40,000 bases of DNA from Escherichia coli. Lineage in GTDB: Bacteria; Pseudomonadota; Gammaproteobacteria; Enterobacterales; Enterobacteriaceae. The position numbers and the translations under genes were made by a program. The stretch lies in the NCBI RefSeq assembly GCF_030012785.1, contig NZ_CP122938.1, one strand, 5' to 3'. Positions 18,885 to 29,013 of the stretch are shown in pieces. The notes below the pieces were generated by a model. The model was not told the DNA's origin. It was given only the letters and a program-made list of their open reading frames with translations, and ran no database searches. Position 1 is the first letter of the stretch. Each line of letters opens with the position of its first letter.

Positions 18885-18926
18885 AGCGGGTAGGTGTTAT
18901 CTCCTTGCCCTTCCCGCTCTTATTTT
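18885..18926 (+). terminator. Rho-independent-like terminator
   Basis: AGCGGG ... CCCGCT followed by CTTATTTTT. Confidence 0.45.
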
Positions 18927-19037
18927 TCATCTATGCTTATCCTAAAGCTCCTTATTTTGTCCGAAAACATTAAAGAGCCTTACACTGATAGTAGACTGGC
19001 CCCCTGAATCTCCAGACAACCAATATCACTTAAATAA

Positions 19038-19448
19038 GTGATAGTCTTAATACTAGTTTTTAGACTAGTCATTGGAGAGCAGATGATTGATGTCTTAGGA
19101 CCGGAGAAACGCAGACGGCGTACTACACAGGAAAAGATCGCTATTGTTCAGCAGAGTTTTGAACCGGGAATGACGGTCTCCCTTGTTGCCCGGCAACACG
19201 GTGTGGCAGCCAGCCAGTTATTTCTCTGGCGCAAGCAATACCAGGAGGGAAGTCTTACTGCTGTGGCCGCAGGAGAGCAGGTCGTTCCTGCCTCTGAACT
19301 TGCTGCTGCCATGAAGCAGATTAAAGAACTCCAGCGCCTGCTCGGCAAAAAAACGATGGAAAATGAACTCCTTAAAGAAGCCGTTGAATACGGGCGTGCA
19401 AAAAAGTGGATAGCGCACGCGCCCTTATTGCCCGGGGATGGGGAGTAA
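19038..19448 (+). CDS. insC: IS2 OrfA (HTH regulator/transposase part)
   Basis: [40 protein letters not shown]...; real start at the internal Met. Confidence 0.95.
19400..19406 (+). promoter_or_regulatory. Programmed frameshift heptamer A6G of IS2
   Basis: AAAAAAG in the OrfA/OrfB overlap. Confidence 0.75.
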
Positions 19449-20311
19449 GCTTAGTCAGCCGTTGTCTCCGGGTGTCGCGTGCGCAGTTGCACGTCATTCT
19501 CAGACGAACCGATGACTGGAAAGATGGTCGCCGCAGCCGTCACTCAGATGATACGGATGTGCTTCTCCGTATACACCATGTTATCGGAGAGCTGCCCACG
19601 TATGGTTATCGTCGGGTATGGGCGCTGCTTCGCAGACAGGCCGAACTTGATGGTATGCCTGCGATCAATGCCAAACGTGTTTACCGGATCATGCGCCAGA
19701 ATGCGCTGTTGCTTGAGCGAAAAACCGCTGTACCGCCATCGAAACGGGCACATACTGGCAAAGTGGCCGTGAAAGAAAGCAATCAACGATGGTGCTCTGA
19801 CGGGTTCGAGTTCCGCTGTGATAACGGAGAAAAACTGCGAGTCACGTTCGCGCTGGACTGCTGTGACCGTGAGGCACTGCACTGGGCAGTCACTACGGGC
19901 GGCTTCGACAGTGAAACAGTACAGGACGTAATGCTGGGAGCGGTGGAACGCCGCTTCGGCAACGAGCTTCCGGCGTCTCCAGTAGAGTGGCTGACGGATA
20001 ATGGTTCATGCTACCGGGCTAATGAAACACGGCAGTTTGCCCGGATGTTGGGGCTTGAACCGAAGAACACGGCGGTGCGGAGTCCGGAGAGTAACGGCAT
20101 AGCAGAGAGCTTCGTGAAAACGATAAAGCGTGACTACATCAGTATCATGCCTAAACCAGACGGGTTAACGGCAGCAAAGAACCTTGCAGAGGCGTTCGAG
20201 CATTATAACGAATGGCATCCGCATAGTGCACTGGGTTATCGCTCGCCACGGGAATATCTGCGGCAGCAGGCCAGTAATGGGTTAAGTGATAACAGGTGTC
20301 TGGAAATATAG
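19406..20311 (+). CDS. insD: IS2 OrfB (DDE transposase)
   Basis: 301 aa with DDE integrase-core pattern ([23 protein letters not shown]). Confidence 0.95.
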
Positions 20312-20323
20312 GGGCAAATCCAA

Positions 20324-20443
20324 ATTGATCCTGCTTCATTAAAGCAAGCGCTACTGGCGAAAGACATTTTTGTAATTAATATAGAAAACATGAAGATGGC
20401 TAAGATTTTAACTTTGGGTAAGCGCATATGTTTTTATGTGTAG
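20324..20443 (+). pseudogene. 3'-terminal fragment of an unidentified ORF cut by IS2
   Basis: Open frame directly from the IS2 right end: IDPASLKQALLAKDIFVINIENMKMAKILTLGKRICFYV*. Confidence 0.5.
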
Positions 20444-20510
20444 GATTGAAGGAAAGGAACGAGATACTAATATATTCAGTATCTCGTTAATCATTTAAGT
20501 GGTCAATTAT

Positions 20511-20729
20511 CTACCATTCCAGTTCATAGTAAGGAGAGATGGGATTATCTTTCGAATACATATCATTTTGAAAAGATGCCATCCATGTTGAAACTATAAA
20601 TGCTTGTATTTGATCTGTATCAGTAGCACTGGTGGTGATGTGTTTATCTAATGAAACGACTTCATCACCCGTTGCGGTTGCTATATTTAAACTTTGAGAA
20701 AAATTATTCATATTGATTGGATTAGTCAT
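20511..20729 (-). CDS. ygeI: YgeI small protein (72 aa)
   Basis: Internal Met of the 20511-20771 ORF gives 72 aa MTNPINMNNFSQ...; adjacent to ygeH. Confidence 0.75.
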   Translation of the reverse strand: MTNPINMNNFSQSLNIATATGDEVVSLDKHITTSATDTDQIQAFIVSTWMASFQNDMYSKDNPISPYYELEW

Positions 20730-20896
20730 AAAGTTCCCTTTTTTATTTGTCCAGGCCAATAGCCTATACACAATACTTTTTAATCTAGAGTATTTGATAT
20801 ATATTGCAATAAGGTAATTATCTTAGATGTTTTCATCTCTGTTGTTGACATAACCAGTTGCATACATCTAAACAATAAAATTGCGACAATAAAGAT

Positions 20897-22273
20897 TTAT
20901 CGCATACAAATTCTCGTCAGTTGCTTTAGTTTCAAAATGTTGTCAATTATAACTCGATGGCTTTCACTCGAAGTTTCTTTATAGTAGAGTTTCATGTTGC
21001 TTTTGAGCGGGTTAGGCACATACATATCTACACACTCTTTTATCACAACTGCTTTTCGTCTTCTGGGTTCGAGTTGTAGTGATTTGTCTATACAAATCCT
21101 TGCCTCTTCAATTCTTTCATTATGAAAATTGACAAGTGCTCTATAGTAGTAGAGAGAGGCTATATCAGTTGTGTGTATCTTAGCCTGTTCAAATAAGATA
21201 TGAGATACTTTTGCTTGTCCAGACAGACCAGTTATCAGTCCCATAATAGCTAAAATTTTTCCATCGACATTGGTTATGTCTGATACATAATGTAAAAGCT
21301 CTAATGCTTTTTGAGCAGCAAGTTCAAGTTCATACTTTCCATGAAGTGCCAAAGACATATGGCATTCCGCTAGCAGACAATAACATTCTATTTTTAGCGT
21401 CTGTATATCACTTTTATTTTGTAATCCATCAAATATAGCCATAGCCCTGTAAATGCTTTCAGGAGTAAACTCGTAAAGTTCTTTCTTACCAGCCAACAGT
21501 TCATCTGATAAATAATGATTCTTGTAACCTTGGTCCGGTTTAGCTAATCTTACAGAACGCTCTGGATTATGTACCGTTTGAAGGATATTATCTATAATAA
21601 ATTGTGATGTGTTATGTAGTTCATCAACAGGAAGATGATTACTGGCGATGAGGAAAAGATTTTTAGCGTCGATCAGTTCAATGTATAAAGTTTTCACCGC
21701 GTTATTCTGGTTTATTCTTCCTGTAACGAAATAATCTGGCTTGAATCTTCTCAAAAATGAATTTTGCGATATGTGATCATTACAAAAATTTGTCGCAGCC
21801 ATCGGATAGGTATAAAGGCCATCGATTTTTTTATTCGAAATGTTTTGCACTAATTCCTGATTAAGTATTAATGGATCCAGAGTATTCAATGAAGTGGTGA
21901 AAGGAAATATAGCTATGGAATAGTCTGAAGTGTTATCTTCATTTATTTTAGTTTTGAAAACCTGTCCACTGAAACGATAACCTTTCCGGTAGATTGTTTC
22001 TATGCAACGATCATAGCCAATTTTTTCAAAAATGCAGCGCAAAGAATAGATACATCTTGTCAGGGACTCGTCACTTACAATAATATTTTTCCATACTGAT
22101 TCGATGATCATATCTTTCAGGACAACATGACCAGCGGATTCAAGTAATACGATCAATACTCCTAACTCTTTCGGTGGAATATAAATCTGCTCATTTCCTT
22201 GAGTAAGAATTCCATCTTCCGTGAGCGTTAATCCCTCAAGAAAATGATATGAGAATTTATTTTCTAAGTCCAT
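20897..22273 (-). CDS. ygeH: HilA/ToxR-like transcriptional regulator of ETT2 locus
   Basis: 458 aa; N-terminal OmpR/ToxR wHTH and C-terminal TPR-like region. Confidence 0.92.
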   Translation of the reverse strand: MDLENKFSYHFLEGLTLTEDGILTQGNEQIYIPPKELGVLIVLLESAGHVVLKDMIIESVWKNIIVSDESLTRCIYSLRCIFEKIGYDRCIETIYRKGYRFSGQVFKTKINEDNTSDYSIAIFPFTTSLNTLDPLILNQELVQNISNKKIDGLYTYPMAATNFCNDHISQNSFLRRFKPDYFVTGRINQNNAVKTLYIELIDAKNLFLIASNHLPVDELHNTSQFIIDNILQTVHNPERSVRLAKPDQGYKNHYLSDELLAGKKELYEFTPESIYRAMAIFDGLQNKSDIQTLKIECYCLLAECHMSLALHGKYELELAAQKALELLHYVSDITNVDGKILAIMGLITGLSGQAKVSHILFEQAKIHTTDIASLYYYRALVNFHNERIEEARICIDKSLQLEPRRRKAVVIKECVDMYVPNPLKSNMKLYYKETSSESHRVIIDNILKLKQLTRICMR

Positions 22274-22607
22274 TAGTTAACCTCTATGAAAAAATTGGTT
22301 TCTTGCATCCTGCATAAGCAATAGAAATTGTGGCTATTCATATTTATGTGTCATTAATGCTACAGGAGTTTACATTCGACATATCTATGGTTGTGTTCAC
22401 TAATTTATCTTAGGAATTCAGTGATGTAATCTGAAATAGCCTTATTCAATTTTGATAAAATAGATTGTTCTCTAACGCGTTGAAAAATAGTAATTTATAG
22501 TGTGTTCTTAACTGTTTTAAGATGTTGATTTAAGAAAACATAAGAGAAGCTGGTCATAGTGGTTAACTGCACTATAACCAGCAATTTTTACCAAATGCTT
22601 GTAATGC

Positions 22608-23099
22608 TTAGCCATTATCTTCTGAATTATCGGTTAAGAGTTCAATATATGCCTGCGCTTTGCTCTTAACACTTTCATCCTCACAATTGTTAATAATATG
22701 ATAGAAACATTGCATTGCGTTATCGATATTTTTAGCCCCAATTTGACATTGACCCATACGATAAATAACTGAATAGTCATCATACGGGGAGTAATTGTAA
22801 CTTAGTTTGTAAAGGTCATATGCTTGTTGATATTTCTTTTTTGACTGGCATACTGATGCAAAACCTTTTAGATATTCATGATTTCCGAACGCATAAATGC
22901 ACAGAAATTTATAATAAATTTCTGCGTCCGTTATATTACCTTTTTCATGGTAGTCGAATGCATATGCATATATTCTATCAAGGATATCAGGAGTCAATCC
23001 ATGTAGTAATGCCAGATTTTCTCCTTGCGATAATGCGTGTTTTAGTTGACTTGCCCATTCATCACTGTTATTGAATATTTCAAGTGTATCTGTGCTCAT
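22608..23099 (-). CDS. ygeG: SycD/LcrH-like type III secretion chaperone homologue
   Basis: 163 aa from the internal Met (MSTDTLEIFNNSDEWASQL...), TPR chaperone pattern. Confidence 0.88.
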   Translation of the reverse strand: MSTDTLEIFNNSDEWASQLKHALSQGENLALLHGLTPDILDRIYAYAFDYHEKGNITDAEIYYKFLCIYAFGNHEYLKGFASVCQSKKKYQQAYDLYKLSYNYSPYDDYSVIYRMGQCQIGAKNIDNAMQCFYHIINNCEDESVKSKAQAYIELLTDNSEDNG

Positions 23100-23324
23100 A
23101 ATATTCCTCTGTGATGTGTTTCGTGATGCTAAACTATTATTGATTGACTCATTAATTTTTTGCATTTATCTTTTTTGAATTGTGAGTTTTAAGCTTGCAT
23201 TGCTTATGGGTATATTGGTTCATTATTAGTAAAAATACTGACCACTATAAGCCAATAATGTCATTAGTTGTTTTGCTAATATTCACCTTATTAGTTATCT
23301 TAATTACGACATTTCATAAATGCC

Positions 23325-23816
23325 TTAATGTGCATGGCCTAGATTCATATTATCAATTTCCATTTTTTCGATGAAAATTAAAAAAGGGATTTTTGCGAAG
23401 GGTAGTAAGTCGTCTGGTTTTTTTTCTATATTATGTCTGGTGACGAGGGGGGACAGAACGTCGGTACATATAGTAGAGAATTTATTCAGGTCTAAATTAT
23501 TCTCTATTTTGGCCAGTTTTATGAGTTCATTTGTAGCCATACTCATTAAATCATCTGTTATCGGAAATTTATATATGCTCATAGCCGATAATATTGCTTG
23601 CTGAATTATTTCTTCAGAAATATCCGCTATCTTTATTGACAAATCATGTGTTAGATATTTTCCTCCAAGAGATTCTTGTTCAATATAATTTAAACCAGAC
23701 CTCATCGTAATTTTAACTGGATTCACGTATTTCTCTTCATTTTTCTTATTTTTGTTCTCCTGATCAGGAACTAATGGTTGCAGTGGTAGGCTATTATTAA
23801 TATTTCGTGGCTTCAT
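23325..23816 (-). CDS. ygeF: Hypothetical ETT2-locus protein, ygeF position
   Basis: Intact 163-aa ORF between ygeG and yqeK; symbol assigned by position. Confidence 0.55.
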   Translation of the reverse strand: MKPRNINNSLPLQPLVPDQENKNKKNEEKYVNPVKITMRSGLNYIEQESLGGKYLTHDLSIKIADISEEIIQQAILSAMSIYKFPITDDLMSMATNELIKLAKIENNLDLNKFSTICTDVLSPLVTRHNIEKKPDDLLPFAKIPFLIFIEKMEIDNMNLGHAH

Positions 23817-24122
23817 TTTACATTTCTCTCATTTGATTAGAGCAAAATCCGAATTCGCAGCTTCTGATAATGTCAAATATCACCTTTTCTCATGCTTTAT
23901 TCTATCAAAAATCGCTCATTTTTACTTTTTTTACCATAATGTTACTTAGTGGCATCGGCAATTTACATAACTTACATGTTGTTTTTTATATCCTGAAAAA
24001 ACAGATAGATAGTGTGCACACTCGAAATGATATTGGTAACATAAATAGCTTTATTCGTGACAAACATCTCAAAAGATTTCCTTTATTATTTTCGAAATTC
24101 ATTTGATCAAGGTTATCACCTT

Positions 24123-24206
24123 ATGGAGACGTTACGTAGAATGACTATATTTGTTATCGGCACATTAGGGGTATTAAATTTAGTATTGATGGAAGGTGAT
24201 TATTGA
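24123..24206 (+). CDS. yqeL: 27-aa putative membrane peptide (METLRRMTIFVIGTLGVLNLVLMEGDY), possibly YqeL
   Basis: Too short for the track; hydrophobic core; located between ygeF and yqeK where I recall a small protein being annotated in E. coli K-12. Confidence 0.5.
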   Translation: METLRRMTIFVIGTLGVLNLVLMEGDY

Positions 24207-24245
24207 ACAGTAACATCGAGTCACGGTCAAAATGTGAGGTATATA

Positions 24246-24671
24246 ATGGACATTGAGTTTTCGCAGATTCATGAAATGGTCTATATGCATGATATTGTAA
24301 ATTCGGACTCGAAAAAGAAACCAAGGATTCCGTTAAAAAAATTCCTTAATGCTGAGAAGGTTCTCACGCAAACAACATCATGGGTACTAAATTCAAGATA
24401 TGTGAATGTTAATTCTGTCAGTAAAGTCAACGTAAAGAGTAAAGTTAAAAACAGTTATATCTCACGATCTGTCAATGATGAGTTTAGTTTAACAGATGAT
24501 GAAATCAATTCTTTTAAAGAAACGTTAGTCCTTTCCTCTATTGATTCTCTAAGTAAACTGGTTCTTAATAATCCTCTTTCTGTATTGTTTACATCGACTG
24601 TACGAAGGAATAATAATAGAGCTAAGATGAATGTTGAGTTCGACTCATGGATTTGCACCAGATGTTGTTGA
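24246..24671 (+). CDS. yqeK: YqeK hypothetical protein (141 aa)
   Basis: Internal Met gives 141 aa ([14 protein letters not shown]...), opposite orientation to yqeJ. Confidence 0.8.
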   Translation: MDIEFSQIHEMVYMHDIVNSDSKKKPRIPLKKFLNAEKVLTQTTSWVLNSRYVNVNSVSKVNVKSKVKNSYISRSVNDEFSLTDDEINSFKETLVLSSIDSLSKLVLNNPLSVLFTSTVRRNNNRAKMNVEFDSWICTRCC

Positions 24672-24819
24672 TACATGATATTTTGCATTGCAAGGTGATA
24701 TCTAAAATGAAAGATGTTGATCAAAACTTTGATGCTTTATACTGGCATATACTACAAGCATATTTAATTTTATTGTTTTATGATTAACGAGGTTCCATCT
24801 TTTTATTATCTATTTAAGT

Positions 24820-25314
24820 TTACCTTGCACAATGCATTATTGCTCTGTTACCAATACTCAAAATAAAAGCATGCTTACCTTGCTTTAGTATATTATAGCT
24901 TACACTTTTTTCTGGAAAGACATAAAAATCAGGAATAAGTTCTGCAAGTCTATCATCATCGACTTGATCCATGATCTCAAATTTATTAACTTTCTTTGAT
25001 GTTAAATGGGCTGTGTCATAGTTTTCAATCCATGTGTATTCAATATTTCGCCGTATTGACTTACTTTCTCTGTTACCTTGTTGCCAGGTTCCGCTCAACG
25101 CAAAAGTTCCTGTTTTATTTTTTTGGTTATACATAAAGTCGATGGTAAGATTTGCTCGCCCCTTGTCATTAAAAATTACCCAATTTGCAGTGCATGTTTC
25201 ATTATATATCATTTTTTCTGCAGTATAAGAGTAAACAATGAAGAGAATAAACCCACTGATAAAAACTAAAATAAATAATAAGTTTTTTTTATAATCAATC
25301 ACGATTAACCTCAC
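24820..25314 (-). CDS. yqeJ: YqeJ membrane-anchored protein
   Basis: About 160-164 aa with N-terminal TM; overlaps the 3' end of yqeI. Confidence 0.88.
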   Translation of the reverse strand: MRLIVIDYKKNLLFILVFISGFILFIVYSYTAEKMIYNETCTANWVIFNDKGRANLTIDFMYNQKNKTGTFALSGTWQQGNRESKSIRRNIEYTWIENYDTAHLTSKKVNKFEIMDQVDDDRLAELIPDFYVFPEKSVSYNILKQGKHAFILSIGNRAIMHCAR

Positions 25315-26104
25315 GGTAAGACAGGGTTAAACAGCCTGCCACTTCATGTTGGTTATAGTTTTTATTGCATGCCATAACAATCATCCCTGGTGAGGATTTT
25401 GCAAGAGGGAAGTATAACCACGGATATTTTTTACAGTTAATCCCCGAATCCAGTATCCGTGTCTTATATTTATCGAACTCTTTCAACCCATCAATTGTAT
25501 CTTCTGTCACATTAAAATGGCAGCCATTAATTTCCGCAACAGTCTTGTAATCCTTGAAGAATGGCTTCGGTTGATTATTATTCCATAGCCAATGTGCAGA
25601 ATATACGCCTATAGCAAATATGCTCAACATAATTAGATAACTTTTTATATGTTTGAGGATTTTGTTATTGAAATTGTTTGCGCCACCAATGCTCTCTTTG
25701 TACCCCGCATTACCTTTTACGGCAGGTGGGGCATTGTGTGTATGTGCGTCTGTTGAAGAGTTTATTACATGATTTTGTATGTTAATGTCATTATGAATCT
25801 TGAATCCTCTTCTCGGCACGGTTGCAATAAGCGAGTGGGTGGTATCACCAACAGCGCGAAATCCGCGTCTGATAATGGATATGTTCTGATATAACGTGTT
25901 AGTTGGCACACGCATACCTTCTTCTTCCCAGACTCTGGTGAAAAAATCTTGTTGTGCAACCACATCAGGAAAAGCTTCAAGTAGAAGTGATAAACAACGA
26001 CTGGCTGGCGTTGTCAGAACGACGTTAAGATCGGCGTTATGTACCGATATTAATTTTCGGTGCTCAGGCCAGAACTCGATATTATCGTTAATAATCCAGT
26101 ACAT
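25295..26104 (-). CDS. yqeI: ToxR/CadC-like transmembrane transcriptional regulator
   Basis: 269 aa; N-terminal wHTH, single TM (SYLIMLSIFAIGVYSAHWLW). Confidence 0.92.
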   Translation of the reverse strand: MYWIINDNIEFWPEHRKLISVHNADLNVVLTTPASRCLSLLLEAFPDVVAQQDFFTRVWEEEGMRVPTNTLYQNISIIRRGFRAVGDTTHSLIATVPRRGFKIHNDINIQNHVINSSTDAHTHNAPPAVKGNAGYKESIGGANNFNNKILKHIKSYLIMLSIFAIGVYSAHWLWNNNQPKPFFKDYKTVAEINGCHFNVTEDTIDGLKEFDKYKTRILDSGINCKKYPWLYFPLAKSSPGMIVMACNKNYNQHEVAGCLTLSYREVNRD

Positions 26105-26437
26105 ACGTCAATAGACACTAAATCAATCGAAATGGAAATCACATAGTTTGCTAAGTATATTGGTATTTACGGCATAAATATATATTAATTTTATATTTAT
26201 CATAATGATTGAAATGAGGCTTTAATGTCGCAACGTAAAACTTTACGTAAATTAACATGATTAACATTTATGCCACTATTGTTTGTAAATTCATATTTCG
26301 TAATGCTTCTGAATTTTTCGTGTGATGGTTTTAAATACCATGTTGTTTACTCTTGGGGTTACTGCTTATTTGTAAAATACGGGCATTTCAATAGATGCCC
26401 GTATAAGCAGAGTATGATTCTGGCAGATTATTGAGTA

Positions 26438-27070
26438 TCAATGTTGGACCGAATGTGAACGAATAAATAACTCGTTTATTTTACCACCCATTCTCTTTTC
26501 GATTCGTTGCTTGTACGCGTAGATGCTACGAATATCCATATCCAGAACTTCAGCAATCTGATATGGATTATAACCAGAAACCATATATCCCATTATGGTG
26601 AATTCCATCTGAGTTAATGTGTTCCCTCTGGTAAATGATAAATAACGACCAATAAATAGTTGTCTGATCTTTTCATTGGCAACATCAAGACCATCATCAT
26701 TATATATGACAGCAGATATTGCAGAGTTGTGTTTTCGCCAGTAGTTAGCTAACGATTGCATATTGCGGTCGCTGACTAAAACAATCCCCATGTCAGTACT
26801 TGCAAGATAGTCAATCCAGTCTTTTTCAAGGAATAGACGTAAAAAACTTACTGAAAAATCGACAAAAATATATCCGCTTAATCTCGCATTGTGGTTTTTT
26901 GTTAAAATACCTTCCACCACACCACGATTAAAATATGAACTTTCTTCGGGCCACATACAAAAACACGAGTTTGCGCAATACTGCAAACGCGGTGACTCTT
27001 CTGGCATTATTTGGCAATGCATTGAGCAACTATTGCATGTAAGACTTTTATAACGACTACAAAGCCCCAT
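26438..27070 (-). CDS. yqeH: LuxR-family transcriptional regulator
   Basis: 210 aa from the internal Met; C-terminal HTH (LTQMEFTIMGYMVSGYNPYQIAEVLDMDIRSIYAYKQRI). Confidence 0.9.
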   Translation of the reverse strand: MGLCSRYKSLTCNSCSMHCQIMPEESPRLQYCANSCFCMWPEESSYFNRGVVEGILTKNHNARLSGYIFVDFSVSFLRLFLEKDWIDYLASTDMGIVLVSDRNMQSLANYWRKHNSAISAVIYNDDGLDVANEKIRQLFIGRYLSFTRGNTLTQMEFTIMGYMVSGYNPYQIAEVLDMDIRSIYAYKQRIEKRMGGKINELFIRSHSVQH

Positions 27071-27529
27071 GTTAAGAACCTCCCTATCCGTATATAATTG
27101 CATAATTTCATTGGTTATTGATGATGTCAATACACCATGATTTTGTAAATTTGCTGGGAAAAATTGCGATTAATCTGAATTTACTATAATTCTGAGTAAA
27201 GCATTTAAAAATGCATTTCTCGTTATTAAATATGATTATGTTTCACTGATTTAATCTTACCTGGTTGATGGTGGTTCAGATAACTATCTCATGGTATGAG
27301 AATATCTATATCGCAAATTGTTTTTGAATGACCAGAAGATATCTTGCGAATCTAAGTTATGCATCTTAAATAGTCTTATTTAAGATGTTCAGATCTCTTT
27401 GTGTGTTTAACTAACTGATAATACTAGGATATGACGAGAGAAGTGATAGAGCGGAATTATAACAAATGAACATTATGAAAACTGGAATGGTTCAAAATTG
27501 TAGCAATTTTGAACCATTCACAATGGATA

Positions 27530-28759
27530 TTAGCTAAAGAACATTACCGATACGCACAGGATACCCACGATCAGCGTAATCAGATTTCCGACGGAACGCC
27601 AGGGTTTAAGCGCTGGGATGAGATACGTTGACAGCGTAGGCATGATGAACAGTATCATGGCAATGAGCGGGCCGCTGATCGCGTAAATCATCGAAATCGC
27701 GTTCGGGTTAATGCAACAAACAATGAAGGTAATCAGCGATACCAACATAATTGATAGTGCGCGGTTAAATGCACGATTTTTCTTTACACCAACCTGCTGT
27801 AATGTTGTTTTGACGACCTCTGTGGCACCTTCAATAACGCCAAAGTACGTACCCAGGAATGATTTCGACATCGCAACAACTGCGACAATAATCCCGGAAA
27901 TTGACAACCATGCTGGGGCGTTTGGCAGCATAGAAAGTGCCGATAAAATGGTAACCCCTTCTTCTTTAGCCGCTTCAATATACGAAGGTGGAATAGAAAG
28001 CAGGCAGCTAAAGACAAAGAACAGTACACTTATGCAGATGATGAGATAAGCGACTTTCATAATTTTTTTGCATTTATCCATAGCGTGTTCGCCATATTTT
28101 TCACGTCTGTCTATGGCAAACGTAGAAATAATGGGCGTATGGCTAAAGGCGAAAACCATCACGGGAATCGATATCCATATCTGGTGAAGGGTATTCTGAT
28201 TGAACTCTACCTGGGTAGTTAATAGATCAGGTTGCCAACTACCGACCAGGTAAATAGAAAGAAATAAGAAATAGGCAATCAATGGGAATACCAAAAATCC
28301 CATTACCCGAATAGTGGCATGGCGTCCCATCAGAAAAATGAGATTCAGGATTAATACAACACCCAGACTCACCAACATACGGATACGAAGATCAATAACC
28401 ATATGCTTTGCCAGCTGTTCCGTAAGTGAGTTGGTAATTGCCACGGCATATATCAACACGACGACAAAAAAGGCGATGAAGTACAGCGTGGTAATCAGAT
28501 TACCAATCTTCTTGCCATAGTAGTGTGTTACTGCGCCCGTTATCCCTTCACCTGCTGATGTTTTTGATGAGAGGATGAACTGGCATAAGGCTTTATGTGG
28601 CCAATATGTTAAAGGCCAGGCGACCAGAGCAGTAATAAACAGGACCACAGCCCCTGCCGAACCTAACTGAATAGGAAGGAAGAGCGTGCCTGCACCAACG
28701 GCTGTGCCGTAGAGCGCGAAACTCCACAGAGTTTCTTCTTTTGACCAAATATTAGACAT
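27530..28759 (-). CDS. yqeG: Serine/threonine-type amino acid transporter (SdaC/YqeG family)
   Basis: 409-aa polytopic protein, STP/HAAAP family pattern. Confidence 0.93.
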   Translation of the reverse strand: MSNIWSKEETLWSFALYGTAVGAGTLFLPIQLGSAGAVVLFITALVAWPLTYWPHKALCQFILSSKTSAGEGITGAVTHYYGKKIGNLITTLYFIAFFVVVLIYAVAITNSLTEQLAKHMVIDLRIRMLVSLGVVLILNLIFLMGRHATIRVMGFLVFPLIAYFLFLSIYLVGSWQPDLLTTQVEFNQNTLHQIWISIPVMVFAFSHTPIISTFAIDRREKYGEHAMDKCKKIMKVAYLIICISVLFFVFSCLLSIPPSYIEAAKEEGVTILSALSMLPNAPAWLSISGIIVAVVAMSKSFLGTYFGVIEGATEVVKTTLQQVGVKKNRAFNRALSIMLVSLITFIVCCINPNAISMIYAISGPLIAMILFIMPTLSTYLIPALKPWRSVGNLITLIVGILCVSVMFFS

Positions 28760-29013
28760 TATCTGAACGTATCATCTACAAATTAAACAAAATGGAGGGC
28801 AATTTACCATAAACCAGGTTAAGTATGGGAGATTAACGCCCTTTCTACCTCTCTATTGGTGGGTTAGTGGTTGCAAACCTTACGTGCCAGTTATGTCTCT
28901 GACTGCTACTCAGGCATATTTCCTTTGTGATAAAAATCACTTTTTTTAAACAATTAAGATAACTGCAATTAACAATCATTTACTATTGCACTGTTAATTG
29001 GTGCGAGGTTGTG

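Larger units (their letters stand above)
18992..20322 (+). mobile_element. IS2 (IS3 family), full length 1331 bp
   Basis: Left end TAGACTGGCCCCCTGAATCTCCAGACAACC, right end GGTGTCTGGAAATATAGGGGCAAATCCA, both ORFs intact, span exactly 1331 bp. Confidence 0.95.

Noticed and set aside
18905-18920. CCTTGCCCTTCCCGCTC as a possible duplicated 3' end of glyU (attR)
   Set aside because: Resembles CCCTTCGCCCGCTCC but lacks two bases and sits in the arm of a hairpin; insufficient for an att call.
12201-18991. Considered a complete prophage or an ICE
   Set aside because: No tyrosine integrase, capsid/terminase, relaxase, or type IV secretion genes visible.
19148-19882. Minus-strand ORFs of 66-112 aa inside IS2
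   Set aside because: Antisense shadows of insC/insD.
23870-24106. 78-aa plus-strand ORF
   Set aside because: No convincing start context or domain; likely fortuitous in AT-rich DNA.
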